Shown: positions 1 to 13,934, counted from the first letter of the stretch. The stretch is 64,000 bases of DNA from Nemertoderma westbladi (GCA_032718475.1 JAUCBJ010006289.1:1-64000); one strand, 5' to 3'. Translations and numbers: made by a program. The notes: generated by a model from the letters alone, not told the origin.

Positions 1-584
1 GTAAGTAATCGCACTAGCAAATCATTTCACGAAATTAATCAAATTAGCAAATTGCAGAAAGTATCAAGAAAAAACAGCAAGACAGGTGCTAGGGCTAGGT
101 GTCATGTGATGAGTTGGAATAATACAATTGATAACAGGCTCTACCGGCACACCGCCAATTTATAGGTGATCCGGGTGGGATGATGCAATAGGGTGACTCA
201 ATCGCTCTCCTATTGGCTCTCCAGTCCGTGCTAGCACTAGACCAACCTGGAAGCAGCTAGTCCAATAAGGAGGCCGGATTGTAGCCCTATTTGCTTCCCT
301 TCCTCGAATTATTACCATATATGGTAATGGTTCACGTCTCTGGCTGCTGAATGGCCAGGACAGCGTCCCTATATGCTAGCCCTACTAAAGCTAATATCAG
401 CAAGCACTGAATCCAGGGTCCGAATAAACTTACCCTGGAACTATCTACATATAACCTAATACAAAATTACGTAGGTAGGGCTACATACTATACAAAATGG
501 ATGGTTTCAAATATATGGGCGTTTTGATTTCCCTACCTAAATACCACTGCGTTATTATGCCTTATCTAAAATATCATGCTGCAC

Positions 585-672
585 AACGGACTAATATTAC
601 GTACAGTATAACGGACTAATATTGCATACTGCATAACGGACTAATATTGCATACTGCATGATGACTAATAAT
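585..672. repeat. ~25-bp tandem repeat (AACGGACTAATATTGCATACTGCAT), ~3.5 copies
   Basis: Unit visibly repeated with small variants. Confidence 0.8.
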
Positions 673-899
673 GTGGATACAGCGCCATATACCGTAACAC
701 TTGCTCTGGAAGTACTGTGGTACTAATATCTTTCACTTCAGGATATTTCCAACTTCAGTTCGAGTTTCCATGAACTCTCATAAGATGTTCAAAAGTGAAA
801 ATATCCTGACCTTCTTCTTCATTTTTATAAATACAGTATCCCAGATACCATTTTCCCGCACCCTTCTCTTCCCAGAGATTTAATTTACACGTGATGGTA

Positions 900-2238
900 T
901 TAGTACAGTCACTACTGGAAGAGAGAGGAGTACAAGTAGGATCATTGGTCAATATGGCAGAAGTGAAGGTATACATCACAGAATGGTATAGTAACTAGTG
1001 TTGATACAGGAAAGATTTTGGATATTGAGCCTCTTTCTAAATTCTGTAGATGGTGTACCATTGTTGCCCCTGATGCAACTACTGAAGAAAAGAAGGATCA
1101 TCATGCTACCTGCTCCATAACCTATATGGGTTCTAGTGGTGGCATGGAGGATCTATGGGTTTAAAGAATATTTCTTTGATCCAAGGAAGATAAAAATGTG
1201 CGGTCTATAAAATATCTCAGTGATGGAGTTACCAGTGCCTTCAAAAACATTCTTGAAAAGGCTCCTTATGGACCAAATATCAGTATAACAAAATTGGAAT
1301 ATGTAGGTCATATTCAGAAGAGAATAGGTTGTCGATTGCTTAACCTAGTGAATGAATATAGAGGTAAAAACTTGCAGATAATAAACCATTGATAGGACAA
1401 AATTGCCTCACTAAAGTCAAAATAGATAATCTTCAAACATATTATGGCAAAGCAATCAGAGCAAATACAACAGGTATAGACTTGATGAAGAAAGGGGTGT
1501 GGGCAACATTCCATCATAAGTCATCCACTGTTGATTATCCTCAACACCATCAGTATAACCTATATAAATATCTATATAAACATACCCATAACCCTCCTGC
1601 AATAATGGATACCATAAAGCCTATATATAAGACTATCAGAGTGTAATTTGTTAGCAAAGTGCCTACATGGAAAACTCAAAATGTTAATGAGAGCATTAAT
1701 AAAGTTATTTGGTCTAGACTTCCAAAGCGAGTCTTCATTATATCAACAGTTCTGGAGTTAGGTGCATTGGATTCTGTAATTACATTCAATGATGGGTATA
1801 AATAAGAATAAAAGTCCTACATGGACTTGGCTGCAATCCTGGGAAATATTCATATGAACTAGCAATGAAGATGGATCTTAAAGGTTAAGAATGCTCAATG
1901 TGTCATTGATACAGTGGCAAAGGAGGCAAGAAGGGGCATGAGGAAGAGAAAGCTTGGGAATGAGGATACTGAAGAAGAGAAGGAGAATGAGCAGTATGGG
2001 GCTGGGAAATTCTAGGTTGATTGACTGATTGTATATATGATTTATGATAGATATTTAACTGTATATGATCTAGATACATGATAGATATTTAACTTTATAT
2101 GATCTAGATACATGATAGATATTTAACTTTATATGATCTAGATACATATTGAACTGAAACTGCTAAACTATCGAACCATTTCTTATTATCAAAGTTAAAC
2201 ACTTACATGGGCATTAATTACACTATGTGACCCCTTAA
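900..2238 (+). mobile_element. Degenerate Kolobok-type ('Mutator-like transposase') DNA transposon, 3' part
   Basis: Fragmented frames contain YLSDG(D)S, KLE(C)VGHIQKR, LQTYYGKAIR, KCLHG-TQNVNES and end YGAGKF* near 2014. A probable terminus ACCCC+TTAA lies at 2230-2238. Confidence 0.75.
2030..2150. repeat. ~34-bp tandem repeat (GATAGATATTTAACTTTATATGATCTAGATACAT) x3
   Basis: Seen directly, in the 3' region of the transposon relic. Confidence 0.85.
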
Positions 2239-3499
2239 GGCATCCATATTTGATGGTCGTTCCTGGGGGGGGGGGGGGGGGGGGGGGGGTGTTTTAGCCC
2301 TCCAGACTCCTTCGATCGTACTCATATGTACTATTACTATTATTAATTTAAATATATATTATTTATTGTGTATTGCTATTATGTTTCTACTCTATATATA
2401 TACTATATCCTGTCTCGATGACTTAAAAGAAATTGAAGATCAGTTTAAAACATTTATCGATGTAAGTTAAACAATTTGTGAACAAAAACATATTAAGTAC
2501 TAGCCGATGCTGTCAGATCGATTGGATGAGTCGGTGCTAGAATGCACGTCAAGACTTAAGTCAAGTTGCAATGGAATGTATTGTGGAAGCCAGTGCGCAA
2601 CTGCCAGTATCATCAGTAGAAGATTCTATTACGATTCCTGAGGAACATTTCAATAATATTCATCCAGATTCCGACAGTGTCGGTACTCCTTGTAAAATTA
2701 CCAGTAAGCCCATTGCATCAGCAAATCCAACGAGGCCGCTATTGATGACTATAAATTCGCCTTCACCAGGGAAATCCCCAACTCCAAAGAGATTGTCCCT
2801 TTCTCAGCTGGAAAATTCTGATGATGTTGAAGTTAAATCTTATTATAGATTTGAAACAGATGCTTGCAATACTTCTACACCAGTCAGAAATGTATTTCAC
2901 GGGTTTCATTTCAGTGAAATTTTTTCTCTTACCGAATCTGGAACTTTGGAGCACAACTCCATATATATTCCTACTTTTGGATTTAATATTTACACAGCAT
3001 CAACATTTTTTACTTTTCTGTTTAAAAGTTAGACAACAGCAGTGCGAGCAATTCAAATGAAAGTACTGGTAACTCGAATTTAATTGATATTATGGAATCT
3101 TGTACAATATATTTTGATGATTTAGTTTGTTTTCCAACAGAGCTAATAATTCTTTCTTTTCTTCCTGAGAATCTTGTAAATGATTTGAAGACCATTCCCG
3201 AGAAATGTGTCAACATTTTAACATTTTTTATTAATATTAGTGGAAATTTACTACTTTTGGATGTTGACAAATTTGAAGGACTTGGTTTCTTCAAAAGTTT
3301 TAAGAAAATAATAAACTCATTTTATTTTAATAATGACACAAGAATGTATGAAACATATCATGGTTTAAATGAAGAGGAAGTCCATGCAAAGATTGTTTGA
3401 AGTTACTACGTAAGTAGGAATAACAAGCAATTTCACAAACGGTTGGTTGTGTTTTATGAGCAGGGCCATAGTAGTAGTGGAGAAATTACCCCAAAAGTT

Positions 3500-4975
3500 A
3501 TGGTAATTCAATATGAACCCAGCGATTGTGATAAGATTTCTTTTCGAATATCTTTATCAGAGGATGATAGATAGCATACTCAGAATGACGCTTTCTGTAT
3601 GTGCGTAATATGCCCCTTGTTGCAGAACAGGAAATACAATCAGTTTTTCTTTCTCCATAAGTAATTTGTCACACATAACTAACATATGAAGAAAATGTGA
3701 AGCTCCGTGGTGTATTTGCCTATTATTATCTTTAATATTAAACCAACCAGGTGCATATATCATCACAACAAAATGTGACAGTCGGTATAGCACATCAGAA
3801 GGACTTTCTGTAGAAACATAAAGCCGCAAAATCCGAGATGCGGTTGTCAGCCACCTGGAGTGGTTAATCGGTCCTGGGAGTTTATTGGCAATAGTTTTAC
3901 CAATTTTACCAGATATCAAATGCAGATATCAAATAAGTATTGTTGGTCATTAGAGAGTTTCGAACTAACAGTTTTCGGAATTTTAGGAAAGTCATCATTA
4001 GTAATCGGTTGAAATGTAACTGGTGACAGAGTATGACATTCCTGGAGAAGTTTTCCCACCACACCTGAAAACGTGTTACTTCCAGTTGTTGGACCATCAA
4101 GATTAGAAATTAGATGTCGCAAGGGGAGTTCAATGATATGCAGCAATAAGCATATTGCTCCTTGCAGTGGGATTTCTAATTTTTTTCCAAATTAGCGATC
4201 ACCCCATTTTTCCATCCAGTATTAACATCACATCCAAATGCAACAATAATTAATTAAATTATTAAACAAGTTAAATTAGTAATTATTATGCAACTTGCTT
4301 TGGTAACAACAATATAAAAATTATATTGACATTAACACAATATTTCCGAAAACAACAATAATTAATTAAATGCATTAAATGTATTATTTATTAACTTTGT
4401 TACATATTATAACTAATTGACGGAACATATAGTGAGTGAAATAAAGATATGAGAAGCACTGCTGCACTGCAGTACTTCAAAACATGTTTGTATGTATTTA
4501 ATACTAAAATTGTACAGCTATATGTCGCCATGTATGAAATAATTTCGTATAAATAAATTGTGAATCATTTATTTTTAAATATTATTATAACAACTTACCT
4601 ACTGTAACTTTTTCCAAAGAGATATTGTTAGAATCGGTAAACTCTACCATTGATGCAGTAATATCAGATGATGCTCGATCCTGGATCTTGAACCAACACA
4701 AAATGTTCTTCTTTAACACGTTTGTGACCACTATCAGTTAGAGTTAGAACTTTCCACCCATCAAAATATAAACCTAAGGGTTCATTTTTACTGCATTCTG
4801 CTCAGAGTTTATTTCAAGCCTTCTTCCTTTCCCGTTGGATTTTGCTGTGGTCAACAATGTCGGATTCTGACCCAGACCCAGTAGAGAGGATTGTTTCGTT
4901 ATACACAGCAGCTGTTGCTCTATTGCTAAGATGAAACCTATCTGCAATTTCGACAACATTAGTAAAGTTCACCAG
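3500..4975 (-). pseudogene. Degenerate uncharacterised DDE-type transposase (HSRWLTTA family), catalytic part
   Basis: Minus-strand fragments ADRFHLSNRATAA, VDHSKIQRER, GLYFDG, GCD--VNTGWK, HIIELPLRHL..LDGPT, GPINHSRWLTTASRILRLY. Contains stops, frameshifts and an AT-rich insert at ~4245-4600. Confidence 0.7.
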
Positions 4976-4985
4976 GTAGTACTGT

Positions 4986-6190
4986 GGCCCGGGTGACGAA
5001 AATGTGTTTTTTTAATGTGTTTTTTTGTGATGTTATTTTTTATTTTTTACATAATGATTAGCTAGTAGAGTTGTAATTAAAATGATTAGCTATTAGATTA
5101 TTAATTAAAATATTTTATTGAGTCACTTTTCAGTTAATAGTTTGCTTTTATCAGGTCAATTAGAACAAGAAACAGTGTCTCGACATGAAGTCCACGCCAT
5201 CTGAACTCCCCTAAGTGATTTTCAACGTTTGCCACAGCACTTTTATTTCGATGCATAATTGCGAATTTAGCATGGTGCCACATCCCTTCTATACGTTGGG
5301 TATTAGCCCCGGTTGCTGGGTTCACAAAACGCCCTTTTCCCTTGGTAGCATGCTTCACTTTGAGGTGCGTGTAGCCCCCACTTTCATCGCTGCACTGCCA
5401 CTGATCCCTCCTGTTCATGATTCTAACTCGTCGACCGCAATATGCTGACCATTCATCGGACATAATTGTCGTTCCACCTTTGATATGGCGTTCAACAATC
5501 GGTCGTAGTGTTTCTGTGTCACGTCGCTGCACATGGAACATTCGCTGTCGACTGATTTATCAGCTCTTTTATGGACTAGCCCAAAAATCCATGGCCCATC
5601 AACTGCTCGTCCATAATTCCTTGCAGCGCTGATGTAATCTCCTTTCAGCTTCCTCCCGCACTTATATTTCCTCCGACCCCGAAACAGTGATTCATCGATT
5701 TGAATCGATTCTCCTGGGCCTCCCATTGGGTCTGCCTCCTTCATGTCCTTGTACATTAATTCACGTACAAAGTTGGCCCAATCAACCATCGTGTGATCAT
5801 TGATGTAACCAACTATTCCACCACGGTGAGTTACCTTCAAAGTTGTTTCTATGATGAAGAAGAACATCAGCCAGAGAATTTGCTTTACCAATAGATTTGA
5901 GTTGTTTGCGAACCATGTTTCAACACGTGCAGACCGGCGATGCCTCTTTGAAGAACTGCAGAGCCACATCAGACGTGGAAAACAGTGTCTAACATAGGTT
6001 ACAATCTTTGAGGGAAACCCACAAGAATCTGCAGTACATGTACTTTGTGCGTCATCTTTCGCAAGTAGACCCACTCGTTGCATGAATTTTATAGCATTAC
6101 CTTCATCTCCAATATGAAAAACCAACTCTTCCACATTCGGATCATGCCGATCTAGGATAGTGGTGTCTTATATCACCGCCACCACCTGCC
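4986..6190 (-). mobile_element. Merlin (IS1016/ISXO2-like) transposon with frameshifted transposase (5134-6134)
   Basis: IQIDESLF, WIFGL, RRDTETL, TTIMSDEWSAY, H..FVNPATGANTQRIEGMW motifs; one frameshift near 5540. Candidate left end GGCCCGGGTGAC at 4986; right end not identified. Confidence 0.85.
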
Positions 6191-6748
6191 ATTTTATAGC
6201 TAATCGTATAAATATAAAATAAACGCACTTAAGAATGTGTAAGAACAATACCGTTATTTTAAAAACAAATTGCTACATTTTATTGAATATTAGTTTTGGA
6301 AAATTTTGGTATACTGAGAGCTAAACCTGTTTTGTTATAACGGTGATATATGGTTCCAAAGATATGCCCATGTTTGAAATATTTTTATTTTTCATCAATT
6401 TAATCGCATTCCACTCTGTTTCAAAATAATGACTTTATAATAAATATTTATGTCAATAAAAAACAATCAAGATGTGACTACAAATCACTTTAAAATGACA
6501 AGTGACATCTAAATGGCATTTCAGACAACTCCTTCACAGGTTACCATGACTACCACTACAGATGCAATTGAAGATGACTCAGATATGACACAAACAAATG
6601 ACTTGACACCTACCACAAAAGAGAGGTTAGTTCTTTTAGTATATTCACTTCAATTTATATATTTATCATAATAGATCATTTCTGAAAAGATGATTCCTTC
6701 GATAATGACATTTTTGAATACTAAATCCTCTTTATTTAATCCTACTTG

Positions 6749-7489
6749 GGCCGGGGGGCGTATTCCCAAACCTTACACTTGTAGGAAAAAATCATGTAAG
6801 GAATGGAGATAGGGGTCGAACTAGTGTAAGAGTAGATGAGTAGACTTAACATTTGATATTTTTCTAGGCAGTAGAACATTGGGTTATGGTTTATACAGGG
6901 CTGCATGAGCTGCCCCCACACATAAGGATCACACTGCGCACAATATTGTGCTTTGGCAGCCCCATAAAGACAATAAGCATGATGGGCAGCCCATGACTTT
7001 CTTAAGACGCCTCCTAAATGACACTGGCCTTGAAGATGCAGCTAATCTCGCGAAAGTCATGGGGGATAGGGAGTTGTGGCGGTGCAACTTTGTTGATAAG
7101 CCGACATAGAATTCTTAATGCACGCTGCATTTGGCTTGCCAATTGTGGATTGCATGGTTGTGGCAAGCTGGCATAACATCTCAATGTGCAGTTTCAATGC
7201 AGCAGGCCGATTATAGTACTGTACAGTAGTAATTGCTTATGAATAGTCCGTCTGCTATTCGTGTGCATCGAACTGTGCTAGCGCGCCATCTAGACATCTA
7301 GAGGTTTTAAGAGTTTATTTTATTTGGAGCGTTTTAAGCACTTTATAAAAACCTCACACTAGTTCGACCCCTCTTTCCATTTCATACATGATTTCAACGT
7401 CCAATCAAATAATAACTCATTAACCAATCCCAGGTTTTAATGCAAGAGGTGTTCCTTAGGAGTGTAAGGATTGGGAATACGCGCCCGGC
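6749..7489. mobile_element. Non-autonomous TIR element (MITE-like) containing an RTE 3' fragment
   Basis: GCCGG..GCGTATTCCCAA.CCTTACACT at 6750 is inverted at 7459-7489; subterminal GGGGTCGAACTAGTGT is also inverted. Confidence 0.7.
6880..7110 (+). mobile_element. RTE-clade LINE 3' fragment
   Basis: VLWQP...G-P-TF...DTGL...M-DRELW-like C-terminal motif; homologous to 14187-14430. Confidence 0.6.
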
Positions 7490-9299
7490 TTAATTTTGTA
7501 ATTAATCTGTATCTTTGATTAAGGTTTGTTTGGAAAACCGAGATTTCGTGACTTTTCCTAAAATTTAATGGGTTATCCAACAGAGCAAAAGCCATTTACA
7601 TGGGCATGTTAGTTTTCGTGCTGTGCTCCCTTTCTGGCACCCATCTCCAGTACTTTCGTACTAAGATTTTCAATAGTTTTCATAATTCACTAAAATTAAT
7701 TTATTTGCGATATTTAGCGGTTTTTTGGATGCTGAAAGCGATTATAGAACTGCAATATTACATTCGTGAAATTTTTTGGTAATTTTTAAAGTGTCACCTG
7801 GGGTACGAATGAAACAAGTAGTGCAAATATGTTAGTCAAAAATCACGCCATGAGCTTCAGTTCATTCAAATTTCGCCTCCTTCCTGTTGGTACATGACTT
7901 GAATTTGCACAACTCAATGCAATGCAATGATGTTGATGTTTGTTTTGTAGGCAGATACTGAGTGAGTACAAAACAAAGATTCAACACACAATTATAAAGA
8001 GACCTGCATAATCATCTAACATGTGTTAACTTTCGTTTATTGTTTTGGTTCCCCCAAGACGCCTCATTAACGTGTTCCTTTACTAACCTGCTCCTTTAAA
8101 TAGCAATGGGAATTATTGCCCTTATGGACCTAACGCGACTTCACCTCTTTGTTTTGTACAGAACAGGCAGATACATGTTGGTGGTTTACAATTGCAATAC
8201 AGCAGAGATAGAGAGACAGGATAGATTATGGAGCTGGTAGAACATACATCCAATCAGGTATTACCATATCCTACTCATCTAACAGCCATCCCAGACCTAT
8301 GGGAGAAGATACATTGATGATGGATACTAAGCTTATATACGATTGGTAGTTGGCTCTGGATAGATGTCTCTCTTTAAACAATATTTACAAGGTGGCAGGC
8401 AGCAAGGTTGACTCGATTTCTCCATGTTTTGAACACACCTATATATTTGCCCGGATGTATCTATTTGCTCGGATGACATCATCGCATACCAATTAAGAAT
8501 ACGTACATACATGATTATGTACTTATTATTAAATAAAGAGGATTTTGTATTCAAAAATGTTACTATCGATGGAATCATCTTTGCAGAAATCATCAAGGAA
8601 AAATTATGATAAATATATAAATTGAAGTGAATATACTAAAAGAACTAACCTCTCTTTTGTGGTAGGTGTCATATTTTATTGACATAAATATTTATTAAAG
8701 TCATTATTTTGAAACATAGTGGAATGAGATTTAAATGATGAAAAATAAAAATATTTCAAACATGGGTATATCTTTGGAACCATATATCACCGTTATAACA
8801 TAACAGGTTTAGTTCTCAGTATACCAAAATTTTCCAAAACTAACATTCAATAAAATGTGGTAATTTGTTTTTAAAATAATGGTATTGTTCTAGAATGGTA
8901 GCTATTTTTCTAAAACATGTCAGTTTTTATTTAGCAGCATTCCCATGGCAACAATAATTATATTCCAGAATTTTATGTCACATTTAGAATTGTTAGACCA
9001 GTAGCTATCTTTTTCAAAAGATGCGATGAATTTATATTGAGTTATTCGAATACTACAGCATGTTTGTTATTTTACCATTTCCATGACAACTGGTGATAAC
9101 ACCAAGTCAGCTACCGATTCAGATTTGTTATCATATCAAAATGAATGGCCAGAAGCTAGGTCTTCCCAAAAATATAAGTTCTGGGTGGTTACCAAAAAGT
9201 ATCCCCTATGCTGGCTGGCCCATGGACTATATTAGAATGGCCTTCTCACACTCAGCAATTTTATTATGTGGTTTACAGTCGCAATGAGAACCAGGAGAT

Positions 9300-9675
9300 A
9301 AATCACACTTACAAGCTGCTACATCAAATAATTTGTTAACTCCGTTTCGTAAGACTCAAATTGTTTTTTAACTATGTCATTATTACGCCGTACCAAGGGG
9401 ATTTTTTCAGAGAAATATTATGACAGACAAGTCGTTTAATACACTCACCAAGGCATGTGATACTTGTTACCATTGGAATTCCTGCTTTCGCCCAAATTTG
9501 AAGAACAGTTTGAGCGCAGTTGCGAGATTCGTCCGCAATGTTTGTCTTTCCATTGACTACCGGTACATCATATGTTGCATACATTGCAACCCAGTTGGTA
9601 AAACAGAAGTTTTTCGAGACTTCCAATTGGGCTGACGTTCCAAATCAGTCATTGGATGATTGAGATCGCAGCATG
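9300..9675 (-). pseudogene. N-terminal fragment of an uncharacterised DNA transposase, probably the same element as 3500-4975
   Basis: VLQIWAKAGIP and LFDVAACKC motifs, which in this family precede the DR..SDRA and YFDG motifs; same strand. Confidence 0.55.
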
Positions 9676-9757
9676 TTTGTACTGAACTGAACTAAATTTT
9701 TTAAACTAAATTATAATTAATATCACACAAATAAAATATGATGAGTGTGTGTCTCGC

Positions 9758-12700
9758 CATGGCCTATTATATTTATACGGCCTAACAGGTCACTTGAATT
9801 GGCCTCCTAAAAAGAGGCCATTGTTGAACATTTTATATCGTACGTTTTAAACAACACATAGGCAAGACACAGTGTAGATAGCGCCCAAAAACATGTACCA
9901 ATGAGATATTATTGTAATACAGTGGGTTTATCATCGGCTATACATTGTTAGGAAGCATGCAATGCTTGGTTTGACCCTTTTTCTTCAAAAGTGTCTATTT
10001 TGTCTGTTTCATTCATGATTTGATTTGCGAAATCAATTCGAAATATAAAATTGAGAAAAAAAGACGTTAAGAAAAAATACTTTTTCAAATATGATAATTT
10101 AGTTTGTTTCTTTGTTAAAATGACACTTTAAGATTCTTAACACTTGAGAGGTTGGGCGGAATGAAATTATGGGGCTCGCAGATTTCATTTCTGATGTCAG
10201 TTTTCATGTTTGATGGATTCAAGACTGTTTGTATGTCTGTCCAACTGTCGGTCTGTCTGTCAAAATATAAGGAAGTTTACTAACTGACGACAATTTTCGT
10301 TATGGGGGTATTTGAGTGTAGTGATTTCATTTCCGATGTCAGTTTTTATGATTTATGAAATTGAAATTGGGTGGGTGCATAATTAATTAATTTGAAAATC
10401 TTTGAAAATTAATTAATTAATTAATATTCTAGAGCATGTGAACTTTCGGAAAAGTTATGAAAATATAATAGTTAAGGACAAATTATGAATAAATAATAAA
10501 ATATCATTGTGTGTCAGATCAGTTTGAGATTACTTATTATCAGTCTTCTTACGTTGTCTCTCTTTGAACGCAGCAACACTCTGAACTCGTCTTTCATCAG
10601 TTATCGCACGCTGTGCATTATTGAAGAAGATATTGGCCAAAGTAAGATACACAGTATCAGTCTTCTTCTTGTGGAGCTCGCAAAAAAATACTGAATATGA
10701 AATACCGTAGGTCTTTAACATGGACATGGCTGCTGCTCGAATAGGAATCCCGGATCTTTGAAGAATACCTTCAATGTAACTTAACCGAGCAATACAATCC
10801 CTAACAGCCTCGGTTATCTCAGGTGATGGGATCTGCAGACCTCCTCGATTAAGGATATCGATATAGGTGCTGCAGGATGGACCAGGTGCTTCGTCTTCCA
10901 TCTGTGAGGCCCCTTGGAGTGAGAATACATGGCACACGTGGCACATTTCTTTGTCCAAACTTTTCAGTTTCTTAACAAGAAATCCAGCAATATATTTTGC
11001 TACCTCCATGGACTCGGCCGACAATTCTGAAAAGAATATTGCGTCACTGTGTTCTTGGAGTGTATTAGTCAGAGAAGAAAAGTCAATCGGCTGAGGTTTT
11101 AGAGAATCCTCTTCCCAAAAATCGATCTTTTCATCGATTAGAGTGAGCAAGACAATAATTCGCTCGGAATTCTTGACCTCTCTGAGCCCCACTAAAAAAC
11201 GACCTCCACTCATTTGGCGATACTGGCTATATCGAAGCTCCAACGGATCTGAGTTCAGTCTTGAAGACAGGACATAATCAAAATCTTCACTGATGAGATC
11301 ATCACAAAGATCTGCCGTTGATAGGCACGTTTGAGTTAAAGCATTAGCAGTTTGGGGAGTTAAGGAGATTCCACGCCAAGATTCGTCATCACGGGATTCA
11401 GTCCAACTTTCCACCCAGTTAGCCATCGCCCTCAGAAAGGTAGGCTTATTATCGAATGGAACTATCGCATTCCCAAGACGATTTCCTGAATGGAAATTGC
11501 CATCCTGCTTGGAATTGCTTGGAAATGGCCAGCCTGCTTGGAATTGCTTATAAGTCACCAGCTGTTATTAGTTGAAGAAATTGAGCCGCAGTGTATCGGT
11601 TTGGATAATACCAACGAAGTGCTGCCAATGTCTTTTCTTCAAAAATAGCCAGCGCCAGAGCTACATTCTGCTTTTTGTTTCCTGGGTGAATCACAGAATA
11701 AGTTAAACGTGGTGCCATTCGTAAATGAGCATCCAATTGGAAATCCTTGTCATAAACATCAAATAGATCTTTCCATCTGATCACTCCAGCATCTATATGT
11801 AGAACATCATCAAATAGGTTAAAGTCGAACTCAGGAAACCTTTCCATTTGCTAAACTATTTCTAATATTTTTAATGACATGGACTGGATCATACTGCAGG
11901 TAAATTTTATGACCCTTGTATCTTATAACTCGATTTATCTCTGTTGGCAATGCGTTTTCCATTGGAGAAAGCTTATATAATTTCTTAAAAACTGTGTTGA
12001 CTGGTGAATTATCAACTCCAATCATTCTAATAGAAAATTTTGAATTGGATACATCTTCCATTGCTCCAAGTAACTCTTTAAATACAAAAGCTGCAGTAGC
12101 TGAAGTAACAGGTACAGCACGAACAATAAAGAACATTCCTCTCTTTAATAATAATAATAATAATAATGTATAATTTATATAGCGCCTATTTAAAAATGAT
12201 ACAAATTATTCTAGGCGCTGAATAAATTTATTTGAATGAATTTAGCTGAATGAATTTAAACCAACAAGCATAAAACAGACTATTCCAGTGTAAAACTGAC
12301 GATCATCATCCAAACCAACAAAATCTCCCTGACTATATGAAGCTTCTTTCTCTAACTTCATCTCATCCACAAGTAATATAACATTATCGTCAAATTTACC
12401 ACCCTGTAGAAGCCTAGCAAGAGCCTTTATAATGTCCACTCCACCTTTCTGAAGATTATTCAACAGAGTTAATGATGGCAATTGAACTTCATCTTGGAGC
12501 AGTTTATAAGCCTGTATGGAAGTATATCTCATTTTCAACGCAAAACGAATTACATTGTGAGAATATGGTGGTCGACCGTATTTATCGTAATGCCAGTAAT
12601 AAGAAACGTCATCGAAGACAGCAGAATAGTCAAACTGGGACACGTTTCTCAAATATATAGCGAAATTTTCGACCTGAGTAGTGTTGCTCAACTTACAGGT

Positions 12701-13901
12701 GTTATTAGTGGCTTTAAGGAACCACACTGGTAAAGGAACCAGCCGTTCATTATGTTCCAGCTTCACATGGAGATTGCTCGCGATTCGAATCGCTCCACCC
12801 AACTTCGGCATCTCCCCTGATGTATTCAGTTCATAAAACAATACGTGATCATCCGTCTTATCGAAAACATAGTCGGGCGGACAACACTCCGAAGTAATAT
12901 CAGTGAGTGAAGAAACTCGATAAAGATCAATGAAAGCAGTTAACTCATCTGGTTGATAAACTCGAGGAGTTGGTTCCCATCGAGGTCGTTTAACAGCTGG
13001 TGCTAAGGATGGTGGAGTTCTGGCAACAGCGATTGTGGGAACTGGAGATACAGACCAATTGAGTTTAACATGTCTATTTTCTGTGCGACTTAGGTATTCC
13101 TCATCGAAGTGATCCACACAAACCCTGGAATACTGGGTAACCTCGAAGTCCTTCCGGTTAACAAACTTCACCCATCGCTGAAGTATATCCGGGTTCATCG
13201 GAAACTTAAATGATGGCTTACGAGATCCGCCAACATATCCCGTTTTGTATCCAACAATGCAACATTTGTTGACCATTATTAATTTAAAATATAATTGATA
13301 TAAAAATAGACTAGAAATAGCATGGATTATAAAGCAGAAGGCCCTATACTGCTATAGTTCTGTAGTATCATAACTGTATGTTGTACAGTAATTAGGAATC
13401 AACCGATGTATCGGTATCGGCCCTAGTTCTGGCCAATATTATGCAAATCGGGATCCAGCCGGCTAACAGGCTAAACTCCGGCCAAATATCCCTAATAGCA
13501 GAACAGTCCTGCCAGCCTGCAGTCGATTCTTAAAAGTAATAAGTTTAATTTACTTCAGCATAGGCCTATACAATTACAATACAACTGTACAACTGCAATG
13601 CCAGAATACTTTAAATATGTACCTGGTACTACTTGCTGCTTGGTATACCGGTTACAGGGTTACAGAGTTACAGTACTAATGTGTGACTGACAGACTGAAT
13701 ATACATTATTGTGTAAGTAATCCTTTACTAAACCTAAAAATATGAAATCGTAATATGAAAGGAACATAATTGGGATATATTGATACTATGAAATCATTTT
13801 AAATATATACCATTTAAGTAAAGTAATTAAAATATCAATGGCCTCTTTTTAGGAGGCCAATTCAAGTGACCTGTTAGGCCGTATAAATATAGTAGACCAT
13901 G
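9758..13901 (-). mobile_element. Full-length P-superfamily (THAP9-like) DNA transposon
   Basis: ~65-bp TIRs CATGGCCTATTATATTTATACGGCCTAACAGG... at 9758 and inverted ending at 13901; 7-bp TSD GTCTCGC/GTCTCAC; internal THAP transposase. Confidence 0.92.
10530..13276 (-). pseudogene. P-element transposase with THAP domain, disrupted
   Basis: THAP (C..VGY, FP, W, VCVDHF, VPT), LLVDEM, DPVHVIKNIRN, KQNV-LA, NSDPLE-RYSQYRQMSG, YIAGF, RGGL..PS. Broken by a ~110-bp insert (12149-12259) and two frameshifts. Confidence 0.9.
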
Positions 13902-13934
13902 GTCTCACTTTCCAGTCTTTATTTATATTCCCTC

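Larger units (their letters stand above)
6243..8890. repeat. Long inverted repeat pair (6243-6740 vs 8526-8890)
   Basis: Blocks are near-identical reverse complements; the left arm has an extra ~140 bp. Confidence 0.85.

Noticed and set aside
12149-12259. Insert in the P transposase as a spliceosomal intron
   Set aside because: Nearby GT/AG pairs do not restore the frame. It is flanked by a TTTAA duplication and has an (AAT)n tract, so it looks like a short retroelement-tail insertion.
10530-13276. Domesticated host THAP9 gene
   Set aside because: Enclosed by TIRs and a TSD and carries disabling mutations.
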